A stretch of DNA of 64,000 nucleotides from positions 2,671,668 to 2,735,667 of the forward strand of contig NZ_CP072943.1 in NCBI RefSeq assembly GCF_018069705.1. Reading direction: 5' to 3'. The notes beneath the pieces were generated by a model. That model was not told the origin of the DNA and ran no database searches. It worked only from the letters and a program-made list of their open reading frames with translations. Both the position numbers and the translations under genes were made by a program. Below are positions 29,803-38,583 of the stretch, piece by piece. Numbering within the stretch: position 1 is the stretch's first letter; each line of letters starts with the position of its first letter. The stretch is from Aminithiophilus ramosus. GTDB taxonomy: Bacteria; Synergistota; Synergistia; Synergistales; Aminithiophilaceae.

Positions 29803-31518
29803 ATGAAAAGAAGAAGCCCCATCACCGCCCTGGCCCGTCTCCTTCTGGCCCTGGTCCTCGCCTTCTCCCTCTCCGCCGAGACGCTGGCCTGCACCTCCGT
29901 CTTCGTCGGCAAGGAGGCCTCGGCGACGGGCAAGGTCCTCATCGCCCGCAACGAGGATTACCGGTCCGGATGGGCCAAGCACTTCATCGTCAACGAGGCC
30001 GTCGACGTCGCCTCCGGAGACGTCCAGACCCTATGGAGCGGCATGGAACTGGGCTATCCCGAAGGGATGACGAAGACGCTCAAGTACTTCTCCGTCCCCG
30101 ACTGGGTCTACCTGGAAGACGACGAGTACGTCCCCATGGACGAGGTGGGCATCAACGAGGCCGGCGTGGCCGTCTCGGCCACGGAGACTCAGGGACAGAA
30201 CGACACGGTGCGCACCCTGGGAATCAACCCCCTCGACGGCCTCATCGAGGAATCGCAGATCCCGTCGATCATCCTGCCCAGGGCCCGCACGGCCCGCGAG
30301 GGCGTGACGATCTTCGGAGCCGCCATCGAGACCTTCGGCGCCGAGGAGTCGGGCGGGTTCGCCATCGCCGACAAGGACGAAGTCTGGTACATCGAGTACT
30401 CGGGACGGCTCTGGGCGGCGGCCCGCGTCCCCGACGACCGCTACATCATCGTCCCCAACGAGAACGTCCTCTCCAACTTCAACCCCGCCGACGGGGAGAA
30501 CTTCCTCGGAGCCGCCGACGTCCTGCCTCTGGCCCGGGAGAACGCCCTTCTGCCCGAGGCGGAGATGACCGACGCCTACGTCGCCGCCTACGGCTTCAAC
30601 TTCGCCAAGGCCTTCGGCTCGGTGGGCAACTTCGCCGGCAACGGCGTCCGCGTCTGGTGGGGCCATCAGCATTTCACCCCCTCGCTCGTCCAGAAGCCCG
30701 CCCAGGAGCAGTACCCCTTCTTCATGAAGCCCGACGAGAAAATCACGAAGAAGGCCATCATGGACTTCCTCAAGTCCGACAACTACTACGGCACGACCTA
30801 CGAGAACGCCAGGCCCGCCGTGAGGGACGTGGCCCGTCCCATCGCCGTCAGGACCAACATCGAATCGCACATCGTCGAAATGGGCCAGGACGACGAGACG
30901 CCCGGCGCCATCGGCAACGTCCTCTGGCTCGCCATGGGCAACGTCCACGACAGCGTCTATCTCCCCTTCTGCTCCGGCATCACCGAGATCCCCGAGGCCT
31001 ACGGCAAGGGGACCGACGTCCGCGACGAAGAGTCGGCCTTCTGGGCCTTCTACGGACCGGCCAAGGATGCCCAGGGAAGCGACGACGCCTACGGGACCAA
31101 GCTGGAGAGGGCCCTCCAGGCCTACTGGAACCCCTACCAGGAGGCCCTCCTGGAGGCCCATGACGACTTCATCGCCTCGGCGAAGCGCAAATGGAGCGCC
31201 ATCGGCACCGCCGACGCCGCCTCGGACCTCACGGCCTACCTGAACGACCAGGCCCGGGTCTTCTCCGAAAAGGCCCTGGCCAAGTCCCAGGAGTTCGCCG
31301 TCGAAATCGCGGCGATCGTCGACGTCGTCTCCGACGACCCGACGGTCTCCGACGACTTCGCGCCCCTCTTCGACGAGGCCGACGCCCCCAAGGCCGAAGA
31401 CGTGGCGGGCTACGTCACCGCTTCGGGCTCCTCGTCGGGCGGATGCAGCGCCGGGGCCTTCGCTCCCGCGGCCCTGCTGCTGCTGGCACCTCTCGCCTTT
31501 CTCCGCCGCAGGAGCTGA
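29803..31518 (+). CDS. Secreted C69-family dipeptidase with a C-terminal Synerg-CTERM-like sorting signal
   Basis: Signal peptide followed by the catalytic N-terminal nucleophile (LACTSVFVG ... ARNEDY). The C-terminus SGSSSGGCSAGAFAPAALLLLAPLAFLRRRS has a Gly/Cys motif, a hydrophobic helix and a basic tail. Confidence 0.75.
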   Translation: MKRRSPITALARLLLALVLAFSLSAETLACTSVFVGKEASATGKVLIARNEDYRSGWAKHFIVNEAVDVASGDVQTLWSGMELGYPEGMTKTLKYFSVPDWVYLEDDEYVPMDEVGINEAGVAVSATETQGQNDTVRTLGINPLDGLIEESQIPSIILPRARTAREGVTIFGAAIETFGAEESGGFAIADKDEVWYIEYSGRLWAAARVPDDRYIIVPNENVLSNFNPADGENFLGAADVLPLARENALLPEAEMTDAYVAAYGFNFAKAFGSVGNFAGNGVRVWWGHQHFTPSLVQKPAQEQYPFFMKPDEKITKKAIMDFLKSDNYYGTTYENARPAVRDVARPIAVRTNIESHIVEMGQDDETPGAIGNVLWLAMGNVHDSVYLPFCSGITEIPEAYGKGTDVRDEESAFWAFYGPAKDAQGSDDAYGTKLERALQAYWNPYQEALLEAHDDFIASAKRKWSAIGTADAASDLTAYLNDQARVFSEKALAKSQEFAVEIAAIVDVVSDDPTVSDDFAPLFDEADAPKAEDVAGYVTASGSSSGGCSAGAFAPAALLLLAPLAFLRRRS

Positions 31519-31600
31519 GCCACGGCGCGACGGCGAAGGAGGCGGCGCCTGGGGCGCCGCCTCCTTATCTTTGCGTTTCTGCCGCGGGAATCGGGTCGGC

Positions 31601-32401
31601 TCAGACGATCCGGAAGGGAACGACGGCCGTGGGGTCGATGACGCGGAAGGTGAAGGACTCGGAGAGGAAGAAGCGGACCTTGCCGTTGCTGGCCTCTTCG
31701 AAGCCGATGGAGTAGTCCTGGCCGACGACGAGCTCGAAGTCGCCGCCGCGGAGGGAGACGACGAGAGCGCCGTCGAAATGGGGCGCCAAGATGACTTCGT
31801 CGACGAGGGATTCGACGCGCTTGCGCAGGGGATAGCCCTCGGAGCGGGTCTGAAGGACGTCCCAGAGGGCGGGACCGGCCACGAGGGCGTAGGGCCCCTC
31901 GACGGCACCGGCCTGGAGACGGCGCACGGCCTGGGCCAGTCCGGCCAGGATGGTCGCCCCCGTCTCGCAGGAAAGATCCAGGGCCTGATCGGCGCCGGCC
32001 TCGACGAGGCCGACGACGCAACCCCTTTCGAAGCCTTCGAAGACGGCCTTCTCCTCGAAACGGGCCATTTTCACGGCCGCCTCGACGACGGGGGCCAGAT
32101 CGGGATCCTTGGCCCCACGCTCGATGTTGTCCAGCTCCCAGCGATCGAGCTCGAAGGAGACGCGGGCCTCGACGAGGGGCTGAACGGCGTGCACGCCGAA
32201 GCAGACGTCGCCCTCGCAGCGATTTTCGGGCATGTTCAATCTTCCCAGGGGAACGGCGGCGTAGTCCCAGCCCTTGGGACCGGCCACGTCGACGAAGCGC
32301 CGCGCCGAAAGATGGGCCTTGAGGGCCCGGCGTGCCTGCTCGTCGATCTCCTCCCAGGCGCTTGCCGTGATGGGGGCCAGAGAACGCTTGAGAATGTCCA
32401 T
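31601..32401 (-). CDS. Family 1 encapsulin nanocompartment shell protein (linocin M18-like)
   Basis: MDILKRSLAPITASAWEEIDEQARR ... VDVAGPKGWDY ... EGPYALV ... GGDFELVVGQDYSIG aligns along its length with the Thermotoga maritima encapsulin pattern. Confidence 0.85.
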   Translation of the reverse strand: MDILKRSLAPITASAWEEIDEQARRALKAHLSARRFVDVAGPKGWDYAAVPLGRLNMPENRCEGDVCFGVHAVQPLVEARVSFELDRWELDNIERGAKDPDLAPVVEAAVKMARFEEKAVFEGFERGCVVGLVEAGADQALDLSCETGATILAGLAQAVRRLQAGAVEGPYALVAGPALWDVLQTRSEGYPLRKRVESLVDEVILAPHFDGALVVSLRGGDFELVVGQDYSIGFEEASNGKVRFFLSESFTFRVIDPTAVVPFRIV

Positions 32402-32431
32402 GGAATCGATGCCTCCTTTCTCCAGAAAAAC

Positions 32432-32785
32432 CTAGCGGCCCAGCCTGCCGATGCCCAGGCTTCGGGTTCCCGCAGAGCTGGCCGGAGCTTCGTCTCCGGT
32501 GGCACTCTCTTCGATCTCGGTGATGGGAGCCTCGGTGAAGAGATACGTCCGGAGAGCCTCGTCAACCTCGGGCATCGTCCGGCGAAGCCATTCGAGCACC
32601 ATAGCGGCGTGCTCGATCTCTTCGTCGCGGTTGTGCTTCAGGATGGCCTTGATGGCCTCGTCCTGGCTCGCCGTCAGCCGCTGATGGTACCAATCGACGG
32701 CCTCGATCTCCTCCTTGAGGCTGTTCAGAGCCCTGACGATGTCGCGCGCCTCGGAAGTCAGTTCCGCCACAGGTTCGTGATACAT
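32432..32785 (-). CDS. Encapsulated ferritin-like protein (EncFtn) cargo with a C-terminal targeting peptide
   Basis: EncFtn di-iron ligand pattern (EEIEAVDWYH ... EEIEH). The C-terminal TRSLGIGRLGR matches the SLGIGxL encapsulin cargo-loading peptide. It lies directly upstream of the shell gene. Confidence 0.8.
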   Translation of the reverse strand: MYHEPVAELTSEARDIVRALNSLKEEIEAVDWYHQRLTASQDEAIKAILKHNRDEEIEHAAMVLEWLRRTMPEVDEALRTYLFTEAPITEIEESATGDEAPASSAGTRSLGIGRLGR

Positions 32786-32884
32786 CCCTTTCGGACCTCC
32801 TTTCGGATCGGCCTGGCCGATCGTTCCCGTCCCCTATCATAGAGCAGAGAGGGCGTGAAGGCAAAAGGCAGGGGCCGAGAGACC

Positions 32885-33613
32885 CTACTTCCACTTGCGG
32901 GCCAGTTCGGCAAGCAGTCCCTCGTCGCGGAGGGCCTGCAGGGCCTCGTTGACGGCGTCGAGCCTGTCGCAGGCCTCCCTGGGCAGGGCCAGGGCCTTTT
33001 CGGCCCCGATCAGCTTGAGGGTGAAGGCGAGACGGAAGGAACCTCGGTGGAGGGCGCCGGCGGCGTAGCTCGCGGCGACGGGCTCATCGACGAAGACGGC
33101 ATCGACCTCCCCCGCCGCCAGGGCCGCGAAGGCCTCGTCGAGACGATCGAAGGCCCTGCGGAGAGGAAACTTGAGGTCGATGACATAGCGATCCTCCGCC
33201 GTTCCGGGCTGAACGGCGACGACCCGGCCCCGGAGCGCCTCGGGCCCTGTGGGGAAGTAGTCGCCTACGGCGACGACGAAGGCGCTGGGCGTGATCTCGT
33301 AGGGATCGCTGAAGGCGACGTGACGGGCTCTCTCCGGCGTGCAGCTCAGGCAGGCGGCGACGAGATCGATCTCGCCCCGCTCCAGAGCCGGGATGAGGGC
33401 GTCGAAGGGCATCTCCACCCACTGCACGGCCCACCCCAGCCGCTCGGCCAGAGCGGCGACGAGGTCGACGTCGAAACCGACGAGAGATCCCGAGACGTCT
33501 CGGAACTCGTAGGGCGGGTAGGTGCTTTCCGTCCCCACGCGAACAACGACCCCCTCGGCGGAGGCCACGGAGCAGGCCAAAAGGAGGGCCGCCAGAAAGA
33601 GGAGGACTCGCAT
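32885..33613 (-). CDS. Amino-acid ABC transporter substrate-binding protein (PBP type 3), orphan
   Basis: Signal peptide and GFDVDL, VDAV motifs. There are no adjacent permease or ATPase genes. Confidence 0.7.
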   Translation of the reverse strand: MRVLLFLAALLLACSVASAEGVVVRVGTESTYPPYEFRDVSGSLVGFDVDLVAALAERLGWAVQWVEMPFDALIPALERGEIDLVAACLSCTPERARHVAFSDPYEITPSAFVVAVGDYFPTGPEALRGRVVAVQPGTAEDRYVIDLKFPLRRAFDRLDEAFAALAAGEVDAVFVDEPVAASYAAGALHRGSFRLAFTLKLIGAEKALALPREACDRLDAVNEALQALRDEGLLAELARKWK

Positions 33614-33903
33614 CGCCCGACCTCCCTTCCCTGATAATGGAAATGCAATTGGATAGATGAACAGTTTCTAATATACCCTGAACGGAGCGGATGCGCAAGA
33701 GAGCCACGAAGGGGCAACGGCGCTCCTCTGACTGCAACGGAAGCGCCTGATCGATCAGGCCTCCGCGATCTCTCCGAGCAAGCCGATAGCTGCCGGAAGC
33801 TCCGTTCGATCTGAAAAGCCTCCCCGATCGCTGACGCGACTTCATGAAAGGCGCTTTTTTCAGAGATTCCTTAGTGTCCCTTGACACATTTCACAAACCT
33901 CCC

Positions 33904-35394
33904 TGTCAAGGGACACTAAAAATGTCATCTAAAAAGAGGGTCTGAGGGACAATGAAAGTGTCGCTTTCGAGGGGCTGAAATCGCCCCCGTCAACAGCCCG
34001 CCTTGGCTTTCCTCCGCGGCGGATGTCCTTTTAGGGAGGGGAACCCGTCCCTTGCTCGGAGCCGACCGCCGCGGCAGGAGGAGCGGGATTCTGTCGCCAG
34101 GGATGGTCTGCCGCCGGCTTCCTCTGCTTCTTCGTTTTGCATGGAGTGCCTGTTTTCGTCTCGATGACAGGCGGGGGAGTCGCAGGGGGCTCTTTGTCGA
34201 CGGCTGCGAGATCGTAGAGCCCGTCATGGACAAGAGCCAGGAGTTTCCCGTCGAGCTTCTCGATGACCTTGACCGCCTGTCCCCTGGCAAGAAGCAGGGG
34301 GCGTCTGCGGGGGCCTATCAGGGAGTACAGTTTTCCGTCGAGGGAAATCGTCGAGTCTCCCGAGGCCTTCCGGTCGGTCTGGCGAGTCAGGAGGAGATCG
34401 AGAGCGGGGCCGTCCGGCGGAGGGAGAAAGGCAGATGCCCCCTCTGCGGGAGGACGAGCGAACCTCGGGTTATGGACCTCTCCCGGGTAGGCGGCGAGCA
34501 GGACGTTGGCCTCTTCGATCGTTTTCACTCCGGCCCGTCGGAAGGCGACGACGAGACGATCCTGAAGAGTTCCCCAGAGCCTTTCGATCCGCCCCTTCGC
34601 CTGGGGAGACCCTGCAGGGACATAGCGAGTTCCGAGAACCTCCAGAGCGCGGCCGAACTGGGTTACAGGCGCCGAGTCCTCCAGCTCCTCCTTGATCGTC
34701 AGTTTTTCCGACTTGGGAGAAAGGAAGATGGTGTGGCGGTCGGCGTAAAGCTCGCGAGGCACGCCGTGGCGATCAAGCATCTGACGGAGCACGCGGAAGT
34801 AGCCGAAGAGGCACTCATTCCTGGCCATCCACAGACCGAGGACCTCTCCTGTGGCATCGTCAATCACGCCGTGGAGAGTGCAACGCTCACCGATCTCGAA
34901 CCAATCGAAAGGAGAGGCGTCCATCTGGACCAGATCGCCTCGTCGGGACCGTCGGACCCTGCGGGAACGCCGCTTCGGGGCCCGGTGGCGATGAACGAGG
35001 GACAGGTTCTCCGCGCGAAGGAAACGGGCGATGCTCTTGGCGCTCAGCACGAGATCATGCTCTTCGGCAAGGAGTTCGGCCATGTGCTGACAGCTCGTAT
35101 CCCTGTAAAGACCCTTGGCCAGACTGACGACGAAATCCCGTGTCTCCTGAGAGATTCTGCGCCGGGACGGTTTGCCTCGTCCCTTGTGCAGGAGCCCCTG
35201 CGCTCCTTCTTCCCGGTAGCGTCGTTTGAGCCGAAAGACCTGACGGCGGCTCAGACCGAGCCGATCGGCCACCTCCTGAACCGTCAGGTTGCCCGCGACA
35301 GCCTCTTCCACCAACCCCAAGCGCCTTGCTTCTTTTGTCTTCATGAGTAGGTCTCTCCTGGTCGTCATAAGTGACATTTTCCCTGTCCTCTTCA
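33904..35394 (-). mobile_element. ISNCY-family insertion sequence (about 1.49 kb) with imperfect terminal inverted repeats beginning 5'-TG and ending CA-3'
   Basis: Left repeat TGTCAAGGGACACTAAAAATGTCATC matches the right repeat's reverse complement TGAAGAGGACAGGGAAAATGTCACT (GGACA...AAAATGTCA core). The element encloses a single transposase gene. Confidence 0.55.
34031..35344 (-). CDS. ISNCY-family transposase (N-terminal HTH plus DDE integrase core)
   Basis: HTH (LTVQEVADRLGLSRRQVFRLKRRY) followed by an rve-like core. A GGAGAG SD precedes the ATG at 35344, which is preferred over the upstream ORF-track start. Confidence 0.75.
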   Translation of the reverse strand: MKTKEARRLGLVEEAVAGNLTVQEVADRLGLSRRQVFRLKRRYREEGAQGLLHKGRGKPSRRRISQETRDFVVSLAKGLYRDTSCQHMAELLAEEHDLVLSAKSIARFLRAENLSLVHRHRAPKRRSRRVRRSRRGDLVQMDASPFDWFEIGERCTLHGVIDDATGEVLGLWMARNECLFGYFRVLRQMLDRHGVPRELYADRHTIFLSPKSEKLTIKEELEDSAPVTQFGRALEVLGTRYVPAGSPQAKGRIERLWGTLQDRLVVAFRRAGVKTIEEANVLLAAYPGEVHNPRFARPPAEGASAFLPPPDGPALDLLLTRQTDRKASGDSTISLDGKLYSLIGPRRRPLLLARGQAVKVIEKLDGKLLALVHDGLYDLAAVDKEPPATPPPVIETKTGTPCKTKKQRKPAADHPWRQNPAPPAAAVGSEQGTGSPP

Positions 35395-35696
35395 CGAGTG
35401 ACAATACCATTGTCCGGCGACAATTTCACAAACCTCCCTTGACCGGCGGCGGCGACCGTGCTATAAGTATTCCAATCGTCATCGGTCTTTCGATGGCGGA
35501 TCGTCCGGCAAGAGCCAACGGAGGTTTTCTCATGTCACGTCGCTGCGTCTTCTCCATGGGTTATTTTTTTACCAACGCGGGTCCCGCTCCGGGGTCGGCG
35601 TGAAGACGCGCTGAACCCAGCGAGCGAAGGGCCCTCACGAAAGTGAGGGCCCTTTTTTGTTTCCCCGTTTCCCAAAACAGTCAGGAGGAACGACAC

Positions 35697-36932
35697 ATGA
35701 CAGCCGAGCAGAGAACGTCCCAACTTCGCGCCCTCATCGAACGTCTGTATGACAGGGTCCCCCTCTACAGGGAACGCATGGAGGCCCTGGGCATCGTCCC
35801 CGAAGACCTCCGTTCCCCCGAGGACCTCCGGAAATTTCCCTTCACCGTCAAGCAGGACCTCCGCGACGCCTATCCCTACGGGCTTCTGGCCTGCGACCGG
35901 TCCGATCTGGCCCGCCTCCACGCCTCGTCGGGGACGACGGGCAAGCCCACCGTCGTCGGCTACACCCGAAAAGACCTCGATCTCTGGGCGGAAGCCGTCA
36001 AGAACTGCATGGAGACGGCCGGCGTGGGGCCTCGCGACATCGTTCAGGTCACGTTCGGCTACGGTCTCTTCACGGGCGGCCTGGGCATCCACGACGGCGC
36101 CGAAGCCCTGGGGGCGACGGTCATTCCCGCCTCGGGAGGCTTCTCGGAACGGCAGCTTCTCCTCATGGAGGACCTGGGGACGACGGTCATCGCCTGCACG
36201 CCCTCTTACGCCCTCCATCTGGCCGACCTCATCGAGGCGCGGGGGCTGAAACTCAAGCTGCGGCTGGGAATCTTCGGAGCCGAGCCCTGGTCGGAGGCCC
36301 TCAGGAAGAAGATCGAGGAGCGTCTGGGCATCAGGGCCATCGACATCTACGGGCTCTCGGAGGTCATGGGACCCGGCGTCGCCATCGAATGCCCCTGCCA
36401 GGCGGGCCTCCACCTCCAGGAGGACCTCTTCCACGCCGAAATCGTCGATCCCGAGACGGGCCTGCCCCTTCCCGACGGCGAAGAGGGCGAACTGGTCCTG
36501 ACGACGCTCGGCAAGGAGGGCATGCCCCTGCTCCGCTACCGGACCCGCGACGTCACCCGCATCCTGCCCGGAACCTGCGCCTGCGGTCGAGAGGGAACCC
36601 GCCTGGCCCGGATCAGGGGGCGCAGCGACGACATGCTCATCATCCGCGGCGTCAACGTCTACCCCTCCCAGATCGAGACGGCCCTGGGCCGCGTCGAGGG
36701 ACTCTCCCTCCACTACCTCCTCGAGGTAAGCGACAAGGAAGGCCTCAAAGAGCTGACCGTCTGCTGCGAGCCCCTCGAAACGCTCGACAGGGAGGGCATG
36801 GCCCAACTGACCCGCAGGAGCCAGCAGGAACTTCTGGCCCTCCTGGGCGTCCGGGTCGGCTTCCGCCTCGTCGAGCCGGGAAGCCTGAGCCGCTCCGAGG
36901 GCAAAGCCGCCCGCGTCCGCAACGTGGCCTGA
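35697..36932 (+). CDS. paaK: Phenylacetate-CoA ligase (PaaK family adenylate-forming enzyme)
   Basis: Motifs SSGTTGKPT and YGLSE; PaaK-length. A GGAGGAA SD precedes the ATG at 35697. Confidence 0.8.
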   Translation: MTAEQRTSQLRALIERLYDRVPLYRERMEALGIVPEDLRSPEDLRKFPFTVKQDLRDAYPYGLLACDRSDLARLHASSGTTGKPTVVGYTRKDLDLWAEAVKNCMETAGVGPRDIVQVTFGYGLFTGGLGIHDGAEALGATVIPASGGFSERQLLLMEDLGTTVIACTPSYALHLADLIEARGLKLKLRLGIFGAEPWSEALRKKIEERLGIRAIDIYGLSEVMGPGVAIECPCQAGLHLQEDLFHAEIVDPETGLPLPDGEEGELVLTTLGKEGMPLLRYRTRDVTRILPGTCACGREGTRLARIRGRSDDMLIIRGVNVYPSQIETALGRVEGLSLHYLLEVSDKEGLKELTVCCEPLETLDREGMAQLTRRSQQELLALLGVRVGFRLVEPGSLSRSEGKAARVRNVA

Positions 36933-37165
36933 CGGAGAGATTCCCTTTTCGAGCAAGAGCGAAGACGAGCCGAGAGGAGGCCATACCGTGCAACGGAAGG
37001 AAACGGAAAGAGGAGAAGAGGACAGAAGAGAACGCTACGCGAGCTGCTGCGAGGACTGGGGCGAGATCGCCCTGGGCTACGTCGAGGCCAGGAAGAGGGC
37101 GGAAGAGGCGAAAGAGGGGGAAAGGGCCTGAGAAAGGGGTCCGCTCCCGGCGCGCCGGAGCCATG

Positions 37166-37202
37166 GAAAGGGAGAGGGCCCCGACGGGGCCCTCTCCCTT
37201 TC
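37166..37202. terminator. Terminator hairpin (perfect 17-bp stem) between the convergent paaK and flavodoxin genes
   Basis: GAAAGGGAGAGGGCCCC-gac-GGGGCCCTCTCCCTTTC. Confidence 0.5.
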
Positions 37203-37207
37203 TCGTC

Positions 37208-37699
37208 TCAGAGTTCCGACCGAAGCCGCTCGATCCAGCCCTTGACCCGTTCGGCCGTCGCCTCGGACTGGTTGTTGTCGTCGAGGGGAAGGCCGACGAA
37301 GGAGCCGTCGCGCACGGAAAGGCCCCGCCCCTCGTAGCCGTCGACGGGGCAGGAACCGACCACTTCGGCTCCCGCCTTGACGGCGGCATCGTAGAGAATG
37401 CCCAGGGCATCGACGAAGGTGTCGCTGAAGCCCACCTGGTCGCCCGTGCCGAAGAGAGCCACCTTCTTCCCCTTCAGGGAGAGCTTCTCGAAGGCGGGCA
37501 GAAAGGCCGCCCAGTCATCCTGAAGCTCGCCGAAACCCCACGTCGACGATCCCAGAAGAAGGGCCTCGTAGGACTCGAGGTCCTTGACGTCACACTGGGC
37601 CACGTCGACGACCGGGATCTGAAGGGCCTCCGCGATCGTCTCCGCCACCGCCTTGGTGGCTCCTGTCGTGCTGCCGTAAAGAACGATGCTCTTCTTCAA
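37208..37699 (-). CDS. Flavodoxin (long-chain)
   Basis: Motifs KKSIVLYGSTTGATK (FMN phosphate loop), ALLLGSSTWG and FGTGDQ. A TTG start follows an AAGGAGG SD. Confidence 0.75.
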   Translation of the reverse strand: MKKSIVLYGSTTGATKAVAETIAEALQIPVVDVAQCDVKDLESYEALLLGSSTWGFGELQDDWAAFLPAFEKLSLKGKKVALFGTGDQVGFSDTFVDALGILYDAAVKAGAEVVGSCPVDGYEGRGLSVRDGSFVGLPLDDNNQSEATAERVKGWIERLRSEL

Positions 37700-38083
37700 T
37701 GCCGTTCCTCCTTGCTCGAAACTCTTCCGGAAGGGTGTCCCTCCGGAACCGATGAAAGCGCCCTCAGTTTGATGCTTCAAACAAAGGCTACCACAAGAGA
37801 TCGGAAAGGACAAGAAGCATTCCCCCCCAATCGGCGGGCAAAGAAGGTCAGACACTCCGCCGATCCGGCCGGCGGCTCCGGCGTCGACGATCGGGCCTCG
37901 CGTCCACGTCGACGAGGGGGAGAGGGCTCCCGTCGACAGCCCCGGAGGGACGACGCCCGGGGCCTGTGTCTTCATGGACGTCGGGCGCCGCCGAAAGGGA
38001 CAAGTTCCGAAGAAATCCGTCCTCCCTCCAGGAGGCCGGAGCGGCAGGACCGACGAGAGAGGAGACGGCTCCGAGGCCGCCCT

Positions 38084-38135
38084 TGACGCCCCTAAGGCGG
38101 AGGCGTATGATCGTCACGTAAACTCGACTTAAGTG
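38084..38135 (+). promoter_or_regulatory. Sigma-70-like promoter (TTGACG-17-TATGAT) with a downstream IscR-box-like palindrome (GACTTAAGTGG) upstream of the Rrf2 gene
   Basis: Seen directly in sequence; this resembles the autoregulatory architecture of isc operons. Confidence 0.45.
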
Positions 38136-38157
38136 GTTGGGTATAGGAGGCGATCTC

Positions 38158-38583
38158 ATGAAGCTCTCGACGAAGACGCGCTACGGCCTGAGGGCCCTCC
38201 TCGATCTGGCCCGTCAGGACGGCACTCTGCCCGTCCCTCTCCGGGAGATCGCCGAAAGGCAGGGCCTCTCCGAGGCCTATCTGGAGAAGCTTCTCGGCCT
38301 CCTGCGACGGAAGGGGCTGGTCGAGACGGTCCGAGGCGTCCAGGGAGGCTACAGGCTGGCGACGACGGCCTCGAACATCACCGTCGCCCAGGTGCTCGAC
38401 GTTCTCGACGGGCCCATCCGTTTTTCCGACTGTGCCTCCGGCGGTCACTGCCGGCTGAGGGAGGCCTGCCCCGCCAACAGCCTCTGGACCCGTCTTCAGG
38501 CCGGCGTCGAACAGGTTCTGCGGGAGACGACGCTGGAGGATCTCATCAACGACAGCTTCGCTTCAAGGGAGGGGTTCGAATGA
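38158..38583 (+). CDS. iscR: Rrf2-family transcriptional regulator (IscR-like)
   Basis: MKLSTKTRYGLRAL Rrf2 HTH and a Cys cluster (DCASGGHCRLREAC). A GGAGG SD precedes the start. Confidence 0.75.
   Translation: MKLSTKTRYGLRALLDLARQDGTLPVPLREIAERQGLSEAYLEKLLGLLRRKGLVETVRGVQGGYRLATTASNITVAQVLDVLDGPIRFSDCASGGHCRLREACPANSLWTRLQAGVEQVLRETTLEDLINDSFASREGFE

Noticed and set aside
33084-34290. ORFs 33084..33887 (-) and 33925..34290 (-) near the IS
   Set aside because: They overlap the binding-protein gene on the opposite strand or the IS terminus. The translations are Arg-rich low-complexity. No SD.
33886-35440. Interpreting the 19-20-bp ATTTCACAAACCTCCC repeats as the target-site duplication of the IS
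   Set aside because: The copies are 1 bp and 30 bp away from the respective IS ends, not flush, and differ at two positions. More likely a pre-existing repeat or an element remnant.
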